Assembly (NCBI GenBank): GCA_963664115.2
Contig: CAXWPJ010000002.1
Location: 192,001-256,000 of the forward strand
Direction: 5' to 3'
DNA length: 64,000 bases
From: Terriglobia bacterium
GTDB lineage: Bacteria > Acidobacteriota > Terriglobia > 20CM-2-55-15
In this document: one piece after another, positions 39,656-49,688 of the stretch
How the letters are laid out: each line of letters begins with the position of its first letter
Numbering within the stretch: position 1 is the first letter of the stretch
The notes under the pieces: generated by a model
Told to the model about the DNA's origin: nothing
What the model saw: only the letters and a program-made list of their open reading frames with translations
Database searches by the model: none
Made by a program: the position numbers and the translations under genes

Positions 39656-40828
39656 ATGCCTTCTTACCAGGGAGTCGACTTTTACAGAATCGACGATCTT
39701 CTATCGGACGAGGAACGGCTGGTCCGCGACACGGTCCGAACGTTCGTCAACGATCACGTCAATCCCATCATCGACGACCATTTCGAAACAGCTCGTTTCC
39801 CAATCGAACTCGTTCCACTGATGGCGCGGCTGAATCTCTACGGCGCCGACCTACCGGCAGAATACGGATGCGCCGGAATGAACAATGTGGCCTATGGCCT
39901 GATGATGCAGGAACTCGAAGCCGGGGACAGCGGCTTGCGAAGTTTTGTCAGCGTCCAGGGGGCTCTGGTCATGCATCCCATTTATGCCTTCGGTTCCGAG
40001 GACCAAAAAAGGCATTGGCTTCCCCTGTTGGCTAAGGGAGAAAAGATCGGCTGTTTCGGCTTGACCGAACCCGACCATGGCTCGGACCCGGCCGGCATCG
40101 AAACGCGGGCGCGGCGTAACGGGGATGGTTGGATCCTGAACGGAACCAAACGCTGGATTACGAACGGGACGATCGCCGATATTGCTATTGTGTGGGCCAA
40201 GGACGACGCTGATCAAATACAGAGCTTCATCGTCGAAACAGATCGGCCCGGGTTCGAGGCGCCTGAGATCAAGAAGAAACTGTCGCTCCGGGCATCGGTC
40301 ACGTCCGACCTGATACTCGAAGACGTGACAATCGGGGAAGAAAACAGGCTGCCCCGCGGTACGGGGCTCAAGAGCGCCTTGGCATGCCTGGACCACGCAC
40401 GCTACGGTATTGCCTGGGGCGCGATTGGCGCTGCAATGACTTGCTACGACTGGGCCGCCGACTACACGCAGGGACGGACACAGTTCGGCCGTTCTATCGC
40501 ATCATTCCAACTCGTGCAGGAAAAGCTCGCCGATATGCTGACCGCAATCACGAAAGGCCAACTGCTGGCATGGAGGCTCGGAAAGCTCCGAGACGGGGGA
40601 AGGTCTAACTACGCACAGACATCTCTTGCGAAGCGCAATAACGTTCGCGTTGGACTGGAAACAGCCCGCGTTGCCCGCGACTTAATGGGCGCCAACGGCG
40701 TGACGTCGGAGTACCCGGTCTTCCGCCATATGGTCAACCTGGAATCGGTCTACACCTATGAGGGGACCGACCACATGCATACGCTGATCCTGGGAGAGGC
40801 CATCACGGGCATCCCTGCCTTCCGCTAA
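39656..40828 (+). CDS. gcdH: Glutaryl-CoA dehydrogenase-like acyl-CoA dehydrogenase
   Basis: DSGLRS, GCFGLTEPDHGSDP, YTYEGT motifs. Confidence 0.85.
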   Translation: MPSYQGVDFYRIDDLLSDEERLVRDTVRTFVNDHVNPIIDDHFETARFPIELVPLMARLNLYGADLPAEYGCAGMNNVAYGLMMQELEAGDSGLRSFVSVQGALVMHPIYAFGSEDQKRHWLPLLAKGEKIGCFGLTEPDHGSDPAGIETRARRNGDGWILNGTKRWITNGTIADIAIVWAKDDADQIQSFIVETDRPGFEAPEIKKKLSLRASVTSDLILEDVTIGEENRLPRGTGLKSALACLDHARYGIAWGAIGAAMTCYDWAADYTQGRTQFGRSIASFQLVQEKLADMLTAITKGQLLAWRLGKLRDGGRSNYAQTSLAKRNNVRVGLETARVARDLMGANGVTSEYPVFRHMVNLESVYTYEGTDHMHTLILGEAITGIPAFR

Positions 40829-40856
40829 AACCCGCAATAAAGACGCAAACCTGATT

Positions 40857-40926
40857 TTCAACACGAAGACACCAAGTCAACGAAGGAGAAAAGACAATTT
40901 CATTCCTTCGTGACCTTCGTGTTAAA
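40857..40926. repeat. REP-like inverted repeat (CACGAAG type)
   Basis: TTCAACACGAAGACACCAAG ... CTTCGTGACCTTCGTGTTAAA, between convergent genes. Confidence 0.75.
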
Positions 40927-40937
40927 AGGTCTTGCCC

Positions 40938-41315
40938 TCAGTCCCCGAGGATTTCTGGAAGTTGCGTTTTGGTGTCGACGACGGCGCCGGAAAGTTGGAT
41001 GGCCGTCAGTCCCGTAACTTCGGTAAGGTTGGCGCCGCGCAGATCCGTGCCGTCGAGAATCGCGTCCTCCATGTCCGACATCCAGAGATCGGCACCTTGA
41101 AGGTTGGCTCCTCTCAAGTTGGTCCGCATCAAGTCAGCGACACTGAGTCGCACCCCACTGAGGTCAGCGCGTTCGAGGTTGGCTCCATGCAGATCTGCCT
41201 GCTGCATCACGGCATTCCTCAGTTCGGCGCGCTCACCGCGCGAACCGCCGGAATCGAGCCATTCTTTGTGAGCAGCGAGAACGTCGGAAATCAGCATAAC
41301 GATAGGGTCCTTCAA
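40938..41315 (-). CDS. Pentapeptide repeat protein
   Basis: A(D/N)Lxx repeats; H..WL.S.G..G.RA.L N-terminus. Confidence 0.88.
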   Translation of the reverse strand: MKDPIVMLISDVLAAHKEWLDSGGSRGERAELRNAVMQQADLHGANLERADLSGVRLSVADLMRTNLRGANLQGADLWMSDMEDAILDGTDLRGANLTEVTGLTAIQLSGAVVDTKTQLPEILGD

Positions 41316-41329
41316 TCTGGGCGTCGGGC

Positions 41330-41423
41330 AGTTTGAGTTAAGAGTTGAGGGTTATGAGCCGAAATCGATCATGCAACTTCGACCCACAACGATCTTTCAA
41401 GTTATAACTTATAACTCTTAACT
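41330..41423. repeat. AT-rich heptamer inverted repeat
   Basis: GAGTTAAGAGTTGAGGGTTATGAG ... TTATAACTTATAACTCTTAACT. Confidence 0.65.
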
Positions 41424-42084
41424 ACCTGTTGGGCTGCTTCACAAGCCGGAGATAGGGCTTCAGCGTCGTCCATCCATCGGGGTACTTTGCCTTCGCAGCT
41501 TCGTCCGACACGGCCGGAACAATGATGCAATCGTCCCCATCCTTCCAGTTCGCCGGCGTGGCCACCTGATGACTGGACGTCAACTGAAGCGAGTCGATGA
41601 CACGCAACAGTTCATCGAAGTTCCGGCCCGTCGCCATGGGGTAGGTAATGATGAGTTTGATCTGTTTGTCCGGACCGATGACATAGACGTTGCGTACCGT
41701 CATGTTGTCCCCAGCCGTCCGTTCCTTGGCATCCCCCTGGGCGTCTTCGGGGAGCATGTCGTAGAGCTTGGCGACTTTGAGTTCCGGGTCACCGATCATC
41801 GGATAGTTCGGCGCAATACCCTGAGTTTCCTCGATATCCTTCGACCAGCTCTTGTGGTCCTCGACGGAATCGATGCTCAGCCCGACAACCTTCACATTGC
41901 GCTTGTCGAATTCAGATTTGAGCTTCGCTACAGTGCCCAATTCGGTCGTGCAGACGGGCGTGAAGTCTTTGGGATGTGAAAACAGCAGGGCCCAACTATC
42001 CCCAATCCAGTCGTGGAATTGGATCGAGCCTTCCGTCGTGTCGGCCGTGAAGTCGGGCGCGGTGGCCCCTAAGCGAAGTGGCAT
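41422..42084 (-). CDS. 1-Cys peroxiredoxin (Prx6)
   Basis: FSHPKDFTPVCTTE, GRNFDE, ATPANW motifs. Confidence 0.95.
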   Translation of the reverse strand: MPLRLGATAPDFTADTTEGSIQFHDWIGDSWALLFSHPKDFTPVCTTELGTVAKLKSEFDKRNVKVVGLSIDSVEDHKSWSKDIEETQGIAPNYPMIGDPELKVAKLYDMLPEDAQGDAKERTAGDNMTVRNVYVIGPDKQIKLIITYPMATGRNFDELLRVIDSLQLTSSHQVATPANWKDGDDCIIVPAVSDEAAKAKYPDGWTTLKPYLRLVKQPNR

Positions 42085-42209
42085 ATCGTCCTCCTGAATC
42101 TCTGAAAATAAGTGAACCCCTCGATCGCGCTTACCATTACACGCATTTTCCCCGGACGTGTCAAAGGGAACCGGGGATTTGGCAGTGCATCAGATTGAAT
42201 TTCAGTTTC

Positions 42210-42455
42210 CGGCAGGGAGGGAGATTTCGCTCGGTCGTTCTTTCAGACGTCCTGTCTGAACGACCGGCGACCCTCGCCATCATCCTGATGGCGAGGCGTA
42301 TTGGGGATCAACGGAATGTTGAAGCAAGCCCTAAGACGACCCACACCGGTCCTCCGGTGCGGGTGGACGGCCTTCATATAAAGACGCAACAGCCGAGGCG
42401 TCAGTCTCGAAAACCCGAAACGATGATGGGATCGAACCCGGGATCACCTGCGTTT
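42210..42455 (-). ncRNA. Candidate structured sRNA with GGA-loop hairpins (CsrB/Rsm-like)
   Basis: Three strong hairpins whose minus-strand loops read AGGA, (CA)GGA(TG) and (C)AGGAC(G); intergenic; no credible ORF; boundaries approximate. Confidence 0.45.
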
Positions 42456-42560
42456 TTAAAACTAAGTCACCACGCAATCGCCCGGTGGTTGAATTGGGGT
42501 TCCGTTCAATGGTACAAATGATGGTTCGGCCACGAGCCGCGTTCGCAGCCGTGCACCGCT

Positions 42561-42635
42561 GTCCCGTTCGTCTAGCCTGGTCTAGGACACAGCCCTTTCA
42601 AGGCTGCGACACGGGTTCGAATCCCGTACGGGACG
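42561..42635 (+). tRNA. tRNA-Glu(TTC)
   Basis: Anticodon arm CAGCC-CTTTCAA-GGCTG; GGTTCGAATCC T-arm. Confidence 0.95.
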
Positions 42636-42691
42636 TTTGTTCCCAGACAACAAACCCCGAAAGCCCCCCGAGGGCATGATTAGCCTCTCAC

Positions 42692-43471
42692 GTGCCTAAG
42701 AAACACCTTGGCCAACACTTCCTTTCCGATTCCGGCATTCTGGACCGCATTGTCAGATTCTCGCAAGTCACGGATGAGGACACGGTCGTCGAGGTCGGAC
42801 CCGGTCGGGGGACTTTAACGAAGGCCATTGCCGGGAAGGTCCGGCGCGTGATCGCAATCGAGTTCGACGCCGACTTGATCTCTTTTCTCCGCAGAACGGT
42901 CGGGCCTAGAGTCGAAGTCCTCGAGCGTGACGCTCTCGAAGTCGATTTCACGGCCCTGTCTCCGACTCCGTACCATGTCGTCGCGAACCTGCCCTACAAC
43001 ATCGCGACACCCTTGATCGAAAGGTTTGTCGCCGCACGGGATTCAATTAGTTCCGTCACCGTCATGCTTCAAAGAGAAGTCGCAGACCGGATACTGGCCT
43101 CACCCGGTGGACGTCAATACGGAGCTCTGTCTGTAGGCACTCAGTACTACGCCAGGATCGAACGCGGTTTTACCGTCCCACCGGGAGCTTTCACACCGCC
43201 ACCTAAAGTGCATTCGCGCATGCTTCGAATGACCTGGAATCGCGACGTAGCGGACTCTCCCGAGTTCATAATCTTCGTCAGACGGGCGTTTACCTCGAGG
43301 CGAAAGAAACTTCTGAACAACCTCGCGGTGATATTTCCCGGGCGAGGACGTGAAGAACTTATTGGCATTTTCGAACGCGAAGGTATCGATAGCAATGCTC
43401 GGCCAGAAGATCTGTCTGTCGAGGCCTTCGCCCGTCTTCACCGAACGCTCGGTTATAATCTCAGCCCATGA
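42692..43471 (+). CDS. rsmA: 16S rRNA dimethyltransferase
   Basis: LGQHFL, EVGPG.G.LT, NLPYNI, F.PPPKV.S motifs. Confidence 0.95.
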   Translation: MPKKHLGQHFLSDSGILDRIVRFSQVTDEDTVVEVGPGRGTLTKAIAGKVRRVIAIEFDADLISFLRRTVGPRVEVLERDALEVDFTALSPTPYHVVANLPYNIATPLIERFVAARDSISSVTVMLQREVADRILASPGGRQYGALSVGTQYYARIERGFTVPPGAFTPPPKVHSRMLRMTWNRDVADSPEFIIFVRRAFTSRRKKLLNNLAVIFPGRGREELIGIFEREGIDSNARPEDLSVEAFARLHRTLGYNLSP

Positions 43472-45132
43472 CTCAGACCGTAGAAGTTGTTCCTCTCGGC
43501 GGACTCGGCGAATTCGGGATGCACATAATGGCGTTCTCGTCAGAAGACTCCATTATTGTGGTCGATTGCGGCATATTGTTTCCCGAACAAGAACTGCTGG
43601 GAGTGGACATCGTGGTCCCGGATATCACTTACCTGCTGGAAAACCGGGAAAAGGTCACCGCAATTATTCTGACTCACGGCCACGAAGACCATATAGGTGC
43701 GCTTCCCTTCATCCTTCCTTATGTGAACGTCCCGATTTACGGCAGCCCGTTCACGCTTGCGCTGGTGCGGCGAAAACTGGAAGATCACGATCTCCTCAGT
43801 GAGTCGACGCTGATCGAAATTCACCCAAACGATAAGGTCGAGTTGGGTCCGTTCGGAGTCGAATTCATCGCGGTCACTCATTCCATTGTCGATTCGCTCG
43901 CTCTCGCCATTCGAACTCCGGCAGGACTCATCATTCATACCGGCGACTTCAAAATCGACTATTCTCCGATGGACGACCACCACTTCGACATCGCCGCGTT
44001 CGCCGCCTATGGTCGTGAGGGTGTTCTCGCCCTGTTCTCAGACAGCACGAACGCGGAACGTTCCGGTTACACGCCTTCCGAGCGCGCGGTGGAAGGCCGG
44101 TTCGAATCTATTTTTGGTGAAGCGACCGGACGCATCATCGTTTCATGCTTTTCCTCTGCGATTCACCGCATCCAGATCATCGCCGACACGGCTCATAGAC
44201 ACGGTCGTCATCTCGCTTTTCTGGGACGCAGGTTGCTCGCCAACACCGAAATGGCGCAACAACTGGGAGCGCTGAATCTGCCTCCCGGCCTTGTCATCCG
44301 AGGGAAGGAGATCAAGAAATATGCCAGAAACGAAGTCGCGGTCATCGTCAGCGGCTGCCAGGGAGAACCGATGGCAGCACTCTCCCGTATTTCGCTGGAG
44401 CAACACAAGGATTTGAAACTCGATCCCGGTGACACGGTCATTCTTTCGTCACGCATGATTCCGGGCAATGAGCGAGCAATATCGCGAATGATGGATCACC
44501 TCTACCGGCGAAGCGCGGAGGTCATTTACCAGGACAGTGCATCCCTCTCTCCGGTCCATGTCAGCGGCCATGCCAGCGCGGAAGAACTCAAGCTCATGAT
44601 GATGCTGGTCAAACCGCGCTTCTTCGTTCCTATTCACGGCGACTACCGTCATCTCCACCGCCACGCAGCGATCGCCGAACAGACGGGTGTCATCAAAGAG
44701 AAAGTGTTGATCGCGGAAACGGGCGATGTGATCCGCCTGGACGCTGAGAGTATTTCCATCACTGGCAAAGCACCGGTCGGCCGCGTTTTGATCGACCAAG
44801 GCAGCTTGGAGGAAGTCGCCGACATCGTGGTGCGCGACCGGAGACATATATCGGAAGACGGCATTGTGCTTCCGGTCATCGTGATCAACAGGCAGACCGG
44901 TGACCTGGAAAGCCCACCCGAAATCGTATTTAGAGGTATGACGGTTACCGACGACGACGGACTGGTCAACGAGTGCAGAGACCTTGTCATCGCAACCATC
45001 GAATCCTCGACCGTGGAAGAACGTGGCGATTGGGCCGTAATCAAGGACAAAATCCGGCGGGCACTTCGAAAATACATCTCCAAGCAACTTTCCAAGCGCC
45101 CCTTCATCCTGCCTGTCATTATGGAAATCTGA
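43468..45132 (+). CDS. rnj: Ribonuclease J
   Basis: PLGGLGE.G, THGHEDHIGA, DSTNAE, HVSGH, P.HG motifs. Confidence 0.95.
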   Translation: MTQTVEVVPLGGLGEFGMHIMAFSSEDSIIVVDCGILFPEQELLGVDIVVPDITYLLENREKVTAIILTHGHEDHIGALPFILPYVNVPIYGSPFTLALVRRKLEDHDLLSESTLIEIHPNDKVELGPFGVEFIAVTHSIVDSLALAIRTPAGLIIHTGDFKIDYSPMDDHHFDIAAFAAYGREGVLALFSDSTNAERSGYTPSERAVEGRFESIFGEATGRIIVSCFSSAIHRIQIIADTAHRHGRHLAFLGRRLLANTEMAQQLGALNLPPGLVIRGKEIKKYARNEVAVIVSGCQGEPMAALSRISLEQHKDLKLDPGDTVILSSRMIPGNERAISRMMDHLYRRSAEVIYQDSASLSPVHVSGHASAEELKLMMMLVKPRFFVPIHGDYRHLHRHAAIAEQTGVIKEKVLIAETGDVIRLDAESISITGKAPVGRVLIDQGSLEEVADIVVRDRRHISEDGIVLPVIVINRQTGDLESPPEIVFRGMTVTDDDGLVNECRDLVIATIESSTVEERGDWAVIKDKIRRALRKYISKQLSKRPFILPVIMEI

Positions 45133-45142
45133 CCGGACGCCA

Positions 45143-45955
45143 ATGGACGTACTCGAGGCAATCGTTCTGGGCGTGGTCCAGGGAATCACGGAGTTCTTGC
45201 CCATCAGCAGTACGGGCCACCTGATCCTCGTACCCTGGTTCCTCGGCTGGGAACAACAAGGGCTCGCCTTCGACGTGGCGCTCCACATCGGCACCCTGTT
45301 TGCCGTCCTCTGGTATTTCAGAAAGGACTGGATCGCTTTCGCCCGGGGCGGAATCCGTCTGGTTCAGGGCCATAGAAACGATCCGGACGCACGCATGGCC
45401 GGGCTGATTGCGGCCGCGACGATACCGGGCGCGATTGCCGGATTCCTTGCCGGGGATCTCGTCGAAACCTATCTGCGCAGCCCTCTTGTCGTTGCTGTTA
45501 CGCTCATCGCGCTCGCCCTGGCCCTGATCGCGGCAGAACGACACGGGCGGCGGGAGAAACAGCTCGATGGTGTCTCCTGGAAGGACGCTCTCATCGTGGG
45601 TCTTGCCCAGGCATTGGCGATCGTTCCGGGAGTTTCGCGATCGGGAGTGACGATCACCGCGGCACTATTCCGGGGCATGCAACGCGAAGCTGGGGCACAT
45701 TTTTCCTTCTTCCTTTCGGCTCCAATCATAGCGGGAGCGGGAGCGAAGAAAATTCTCGATCTTTTCTCTGAAGGCATCACGGGCGATGCGATGGCCATGC
45801 TCGGAATCGGCATTTTGACTTCAGCTATCGTCGGCTATATGGCCATCGCCTTTCTTCTTCGCTATCTCGCCACACACACAACATATGCCTTCATATACTA
45901 TCGGATAGCGCTTGGTATTGTGGTCTTACTCGCATTCTCTGTTGGATTTAGATAA
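45143..45955 (+). CDS. uppP: Undecaprenyl-diphosphatase
   Basis: QGITEFLPISSTGH and PGVSRSG motifs. Confidence 0.96.
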   Translation: MDVLEAIVLGVVQGITEFLPISSTGHLILVPWFLGWEQQGLAFDVALHIGTLFAVLWYFRKDWIAFARGGIRLVQGHRNDPDARMAGLIAAATIPGAIAGFLAGDLVETYLRSPLVVAVTLIALALALIAAERHGRREKQLDGVSWKDALIVGLAQALAIVPGVSRSGVTITAALFRGMQREAGAHFSFFLSAPIIAGAGAKKILDLFSEGITGDAMAMLGIGILTSAIVGYMAIAFLLRYLATHTTYAFIYYRIALGIVVLLAFSVGFR

Positions 45956-45963
45956 AATGCGGG

Positions 45964-48240
45964 TTGATGAACTGGACCGGCTACCTCACCCCCACCGATC
46001 ACAGGCGAATTAACGAATTCGTCGGTCTTCTGCTGGTCACAGTCGCGGTGCTGGTCGGCCTCAGCCTGGTCTCATTCGACGCTGGCGACCCATCCTTCAA
46101 TATCAGCCGAAATCCCCGGTTTGAAGCCCAGCCGGCGAACCTGATCGGCGTCCTTGGCTCTTACGCATCGGATCTGCTGTTTCAATTGATCGGTTATGCG
46201 GGCTTTCTACTGCCCGTGTTTCTTGGAATCTACGCTTTCCACTGGTTGGCGTCCTGGAGCGTCGGCAATGTGGGCCCGCGTTTGGCGGGCATGGTGCTGA
46301 TGATAGCGACGCTCGCAACCGCCCTTGCGCTTTCGCCCGCGGTCCCCCGTATCGAGGGTCAGATACCGGCCGGCGGTGGGGGTGGGCAGCTCATCGCTGA
46401 AGGGTTGAGCGCCACGCTCAATCCCCTTGGAACGGTGATCGTACTGATTGCGTCCTTCCTGGTCTCCCTTTTGTTGGCGACAACTTTCTCTTTCGCTCAA
46501 ACAACTGCGTTCCTTCGGCCACGACTTCAGTTTCTGTCCGCGTGGCTGCGGCAGGCGGTCGAATGGTGGGAAGAACAGACCCGCCAACGTGCGCGACGGC
46601 GCATCGAGCTTAAGAAAACCGAGGCGACCGTTATTACAGAACTGAAAGCCAAGCCCGAGAAACCCAGAGAAGCGCCACTGGCGGCACCTAAGAAACAGAG
46701 AGTCGCCCAACAGCCTTCGCTGATCCCTATCGACGAGCCCGTCGTCACCCAGATGCAAACCGTTTCGCCGAAAAGCGTCAACTTTCCCTCTCCCGAACTC
46801 TTGCTGCCACCGGAAGCCCCGGCGCCCGTCGATGAGGACGAACTTCGGGAGCGGGCGGACCTGATCGAAGAAAAGACGAAAGAATTCGAAGTCGTGGGGA
46901 AGGTTCAGCAGATTCATCCCGGGCCAGTCGTAACGACGTTCGAGTTCAAGCCCGAAGCAGGTGTCAAATATTCCAAAGTAACCGGACTGGATCAGGATCT
47001 CTGCCTTGCTCTGGAAGCGGAATCGATCCGCATTGATCGCATCCCGGGCAAATCGACGGTCGGCATCGAAGTGCCGAACCCCAACCGGGCTACGATCACG
47101 TTGCGGGAACTCATCGAATCACCCGAGTACTTGAAGTCGGATGCCCTGCTGCCTCTGGCTTTGGGCAAAGACATCACGGGCCGGATCATCGTTTCCGACC
47201 TTCACCGGATGCCGCACCTGCTGATTGCAGGGTCTACAGGAACAGGCAAATCCGTTTCGATAAATTCGCTGGTGCTGTCCTTGTTGTTTCGGTCGAAGCC
47301 GGACCGGGTAAAACTGATCATGATCGATCCCAAGCGGCTCGAATTGGGACTCTATCAGGATATCCCCCACCTCCTGGTTCCGGTCGTTACCGAGCCCGTA
47401 GCTGCACAGAACGCCCTGAAGTGGGCCGTCGGGGAAATGGAGGGTCGCTACAAGAAACTGGCCAAACGGGGTGTGCGATCGCTCGAGGCCTACAACGAAC
47501 ACATCCGGCAACTACCCATTCCAGGTTTCGATGAGGATGAACGGGAAGAAGACCGGGAAACGCTGTCCTACATCGTAATCGTGATCGACGAATTGGCTGA
47601 TTTGATGATGGCCGCTGCTCGCGACGTTGAAGAGTCGATCACCCGCCTCGCCCAGATGGCACGCGCCGTAGGCATCCACCTCATTCTGGCTACTCAACGG
47701 CCCTCTGTCGACGTGATCACCGGTCTGATCAAGGCCAATTTCCCTGCCCGCATTTCATTCCGTGTTGCGTCGAAGATCGATTCCCGAACGATTCTGGACG
47801 CAAACGGAGCCGAAACCCTCCTCGGACGCGGCGACATGCTTTTCCTCCCGCCGGGCTCGTCCCGGCTCATGAGAGCCCACGGCCCGATGGTGACCGAAGA
47901 AGAGGTCACACGTGTTGCCGACTACTTGAAAGCGCAAGGCAAACCGGCCTACAACGAAAGCATCCTCGAATCTCCTGAAGAACGCCATGCCCGGCTGGAA
48001 CCAGCCGGCAATTTGGATCCGCTCTACGATACTGCCGTGCGCCTCGTGGTTGGAATGGGGAAAGCGTCCACTTCTGCAATGCAGCGACGCCTGCGAATCG
48101 GTTACGGGCGTGCAGCGAGTTTACTGGACGCGATGGAAGCGGACGATATTGTCGGACCTCCCGATGGCAGCCGGCCCCGTGAAATCCTTGTCAAGGCGGA
48201 CTATTTCGAAGAAATAGACAATCGCGGGCCACAGGGCTAG
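45964..48240 (+). CDS. ftsK: DNA translocase FtsK
   Basis: 4TM N-terminus, AGSTGTGKS, IDELADLM, gamma domain QRRLRIGY.RA. Confidence 0.96.
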   Translation: MMNWTGYLTPTDHRRINEFVGLLLVTVAVLVGLSLVSFDAGDPSFNISRNPRFEAQPANLIGVLGSYASDLLFQLIGYAGFLLPVFLGIYAFHWLASWSVGNVGPRLAGMVLMIATLATALALSPAVPRIEGQIPAGGGGGQLIAEGLSATLNPLGTVIVLIASFLVSLLLATTFSFAQTTAFLRPRLQFLSAWLRQAVEWWEEQTRQRARRRIELKKTEATVITELKAKPEKPREAPLAAPKKQRVAQQPSLIPIDEPVVTQMQTVSPKSVNFPSPELLLPPEAPAPVDEDELRERADLIEEKTKEFEVVGKVQQIHPGPVVTTFEFKPEAGVKYSKVTGLDQDLCLALEAESIRIDRIPGKSTVGIEVPNPNRATITLRELIESPEYLKSDALLPLALGKDITGRIIVSDLHRMPHLLIAGSTGTGKSVSINSLVLSLLFRSKPDRVKLIMIDPKRLELGLYQDIPHLLVPVVTEPVAAQNALKWAVGEMEGRYKKLAKRGVRSLEAYNEHIRQLPIPGFDEDEREEDRETLSYIVIVIDELADLMMAAARDVEESITRLAQMARAVGIHLILATQRPSVDVITGLIKANFPARISFRVASKIDSRTILDANGAETLLGRGDMLFLPPGSSRLMRAHGPMVTEEEVTRVADYLKAQGKPAYNESILESPEERHARLEPAGNLDPLYDTAVRLVVGMGKASTSAMQRRLRIGYGRAASLLDAMEADDIVGPPDGSRPREILVKADYFEEIDNRGPQG

Positions 48241-48394
48241 CCCCACTCAAAACCGCGGTTTACCCCGATTACACTGCTTCAAGACCTGCCAATTATTCTC
48301 AGGGTCAGATATAGGTTTTTCTTAATCCGCAAAATCCGTGTAATCTGTGTCCTTCTTGTCCTGACTACGTTAACTCCATCGAAAGGTTAAATTC

Positions 48395-49534
48395 ATGGGC
48401 TTCAGAACCGACGCAATACACGCCGGCCAAGAACCCGATCCAGCCACAGGGGCAGTGACGGTTCCCATATACCAGACATCCACTTATGTTCAGGAAGGTT
48501 TGGGAAAACATAAGGGCTACCAGTATGCCCGGACCGAAAACCCGACTCGAATCGCACTTGAACAAAACATGACCGTGCTTGAAGGCGGTACTGCGGCCTG
48601 CGCGTTCGCTTCGGGCATGGCAGCCGAAACCGCCATTACACAACTGCTCCTCAAGCAAGGGGACCATGCGGTGTGCACAGAGAACGTCTACGGTGGTACG
48701 TTCCGGCTTTTCGACAACATCGTCAGCCACTACGGGGTCGAATTCAGCTGGGTCGACACATCCAACGTCGACAACGTACGCGAAGCCATCCGACCCAACA
48801 CCAAGATGGTCTTTATTGAAACACCCACGAATCCACTGATGTCTATTGCAGACATCGCGGGAGTGGCCAGTACGACCCGGGATGCGGGTTGTCGCCTCGT
48901 CGTGGACAACACCTTTATGAGCCCCTACCTGCAGCGGCCGATTGCCTTGGGTGCCGACATCGTCATCCACAGCACGACGAAGTTTCTGAATGGACACAGC
49001 GACAGCATCGGGGGTGTCGCCGTCCTCAAGGACGCAACGGACGGGGAAAGGCTCCGCTTCATCCAGAATGCTGCGGGAGCCATCCTGTCGCCTTTTGATT
49101 CGTGGTTGGTTTTGCGCGGCATCAAGACGCTTCCGATTCGCATGGAAGCACACAACTCGAACGGAATGACCATCGCACAATATCTGAGTTCAAAAAGTCA
49201 GGTGCGTAAGGTGTACTACCCGGGCCTTGCCGATCACCCGCAACACCAGTTGGCGAAACAGCAGATGTCGGGCTTTGGAGCGATGATCGCGTTCGACCTC
49301 GGGACGCTCGAAGCCGCATCCTCTTTTCTTGGACGCGTCCGTATCTGTTCCCTGGGCGAGAGCCTGGGAGGTGTAGAAACGCTGATCTCCCATCCTGCCA
49401 CGATGACACACGCGTCCGTGCCTGAAGAACATCGCGAACGGATGGGGATCACGGCCGGGCTGGTCCGAATCTCGGTAGGAATCGAAGACACCGAAGACCT
49501 GATTGCGGATCTCGACAACGCTTTTGAGGAATAA
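48395..49534 (+). CDS. Cystathionine gamma-lyase/synthase (PLP)
   Basis: Y.R..NPT, ETPTNP, DNTF, HSTTKFLNGHSD, SLGGVE motifs. Confidence 0.92.
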   Translation: MGFRTDAIHAGQEPDPATGAVTVPIYQTSTYVQEGLGKHKGYQYARTENPTRIALEQNMTVLEGGTAACAFASGMAAETAITQLLLKQGDHAVCTENVYGGTFRLFDNIVSHYGVEFSWVDTSNVDNVREAIRPNTKMVFIETPTNPLMSIADIAGVASTTRDAGCRLVVDNTFMSPYLQRPIALGADIVIHSTTKFLNGHSDSIGGVAVLKDATDGERLRFIQNAAGAILSPFDSWLVLRGIKTLPIRMEAHNSNGMTIAQYLSSKSQVRKVYYPGLADHPQHQLAKQQMSGFGAMIAFDLGTLEAASSFLGRVRICSLGESLGGVETLISHPATMTHASVPEEHRERMGITAGLVRISVGIEDTEDLIADLDNAFEE

Positions 49535-49548
49535 GAACGAAGATAAGA

Positions 49549-49665
49549 AAACCGCAAAGTCGCAAAGAAGAAGATGAATATCAGAGATCAATCATTTCTC
49601 TACGTCCCTGCATTGACATTTTGATCCGTCTTCGCGCCTTTGCGTCTTTGCGTCTTTGCGGTGAA
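49549..49665. repeat. REP-like inverted tandem-octamer repeat (CGCAAAG type)
   Basis: ACCGCAAAGTCGCAAAG ... CTTTGCGTCTTTGCGTCTTTGCGGT, between convergent genes. Confidence 0.75.
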
Positions 49666-49688
49666 AACTCTTCCCTTGCACCAATTTT

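Noticed and set aside
42425-42445. GGGTTCGATCCC on the minus strand as a tRNA/tmRNA T-arm
   Set aside because: There is no acceptor stem, CCA or tag frame; RNase P and SRP signature motifs are also absent.
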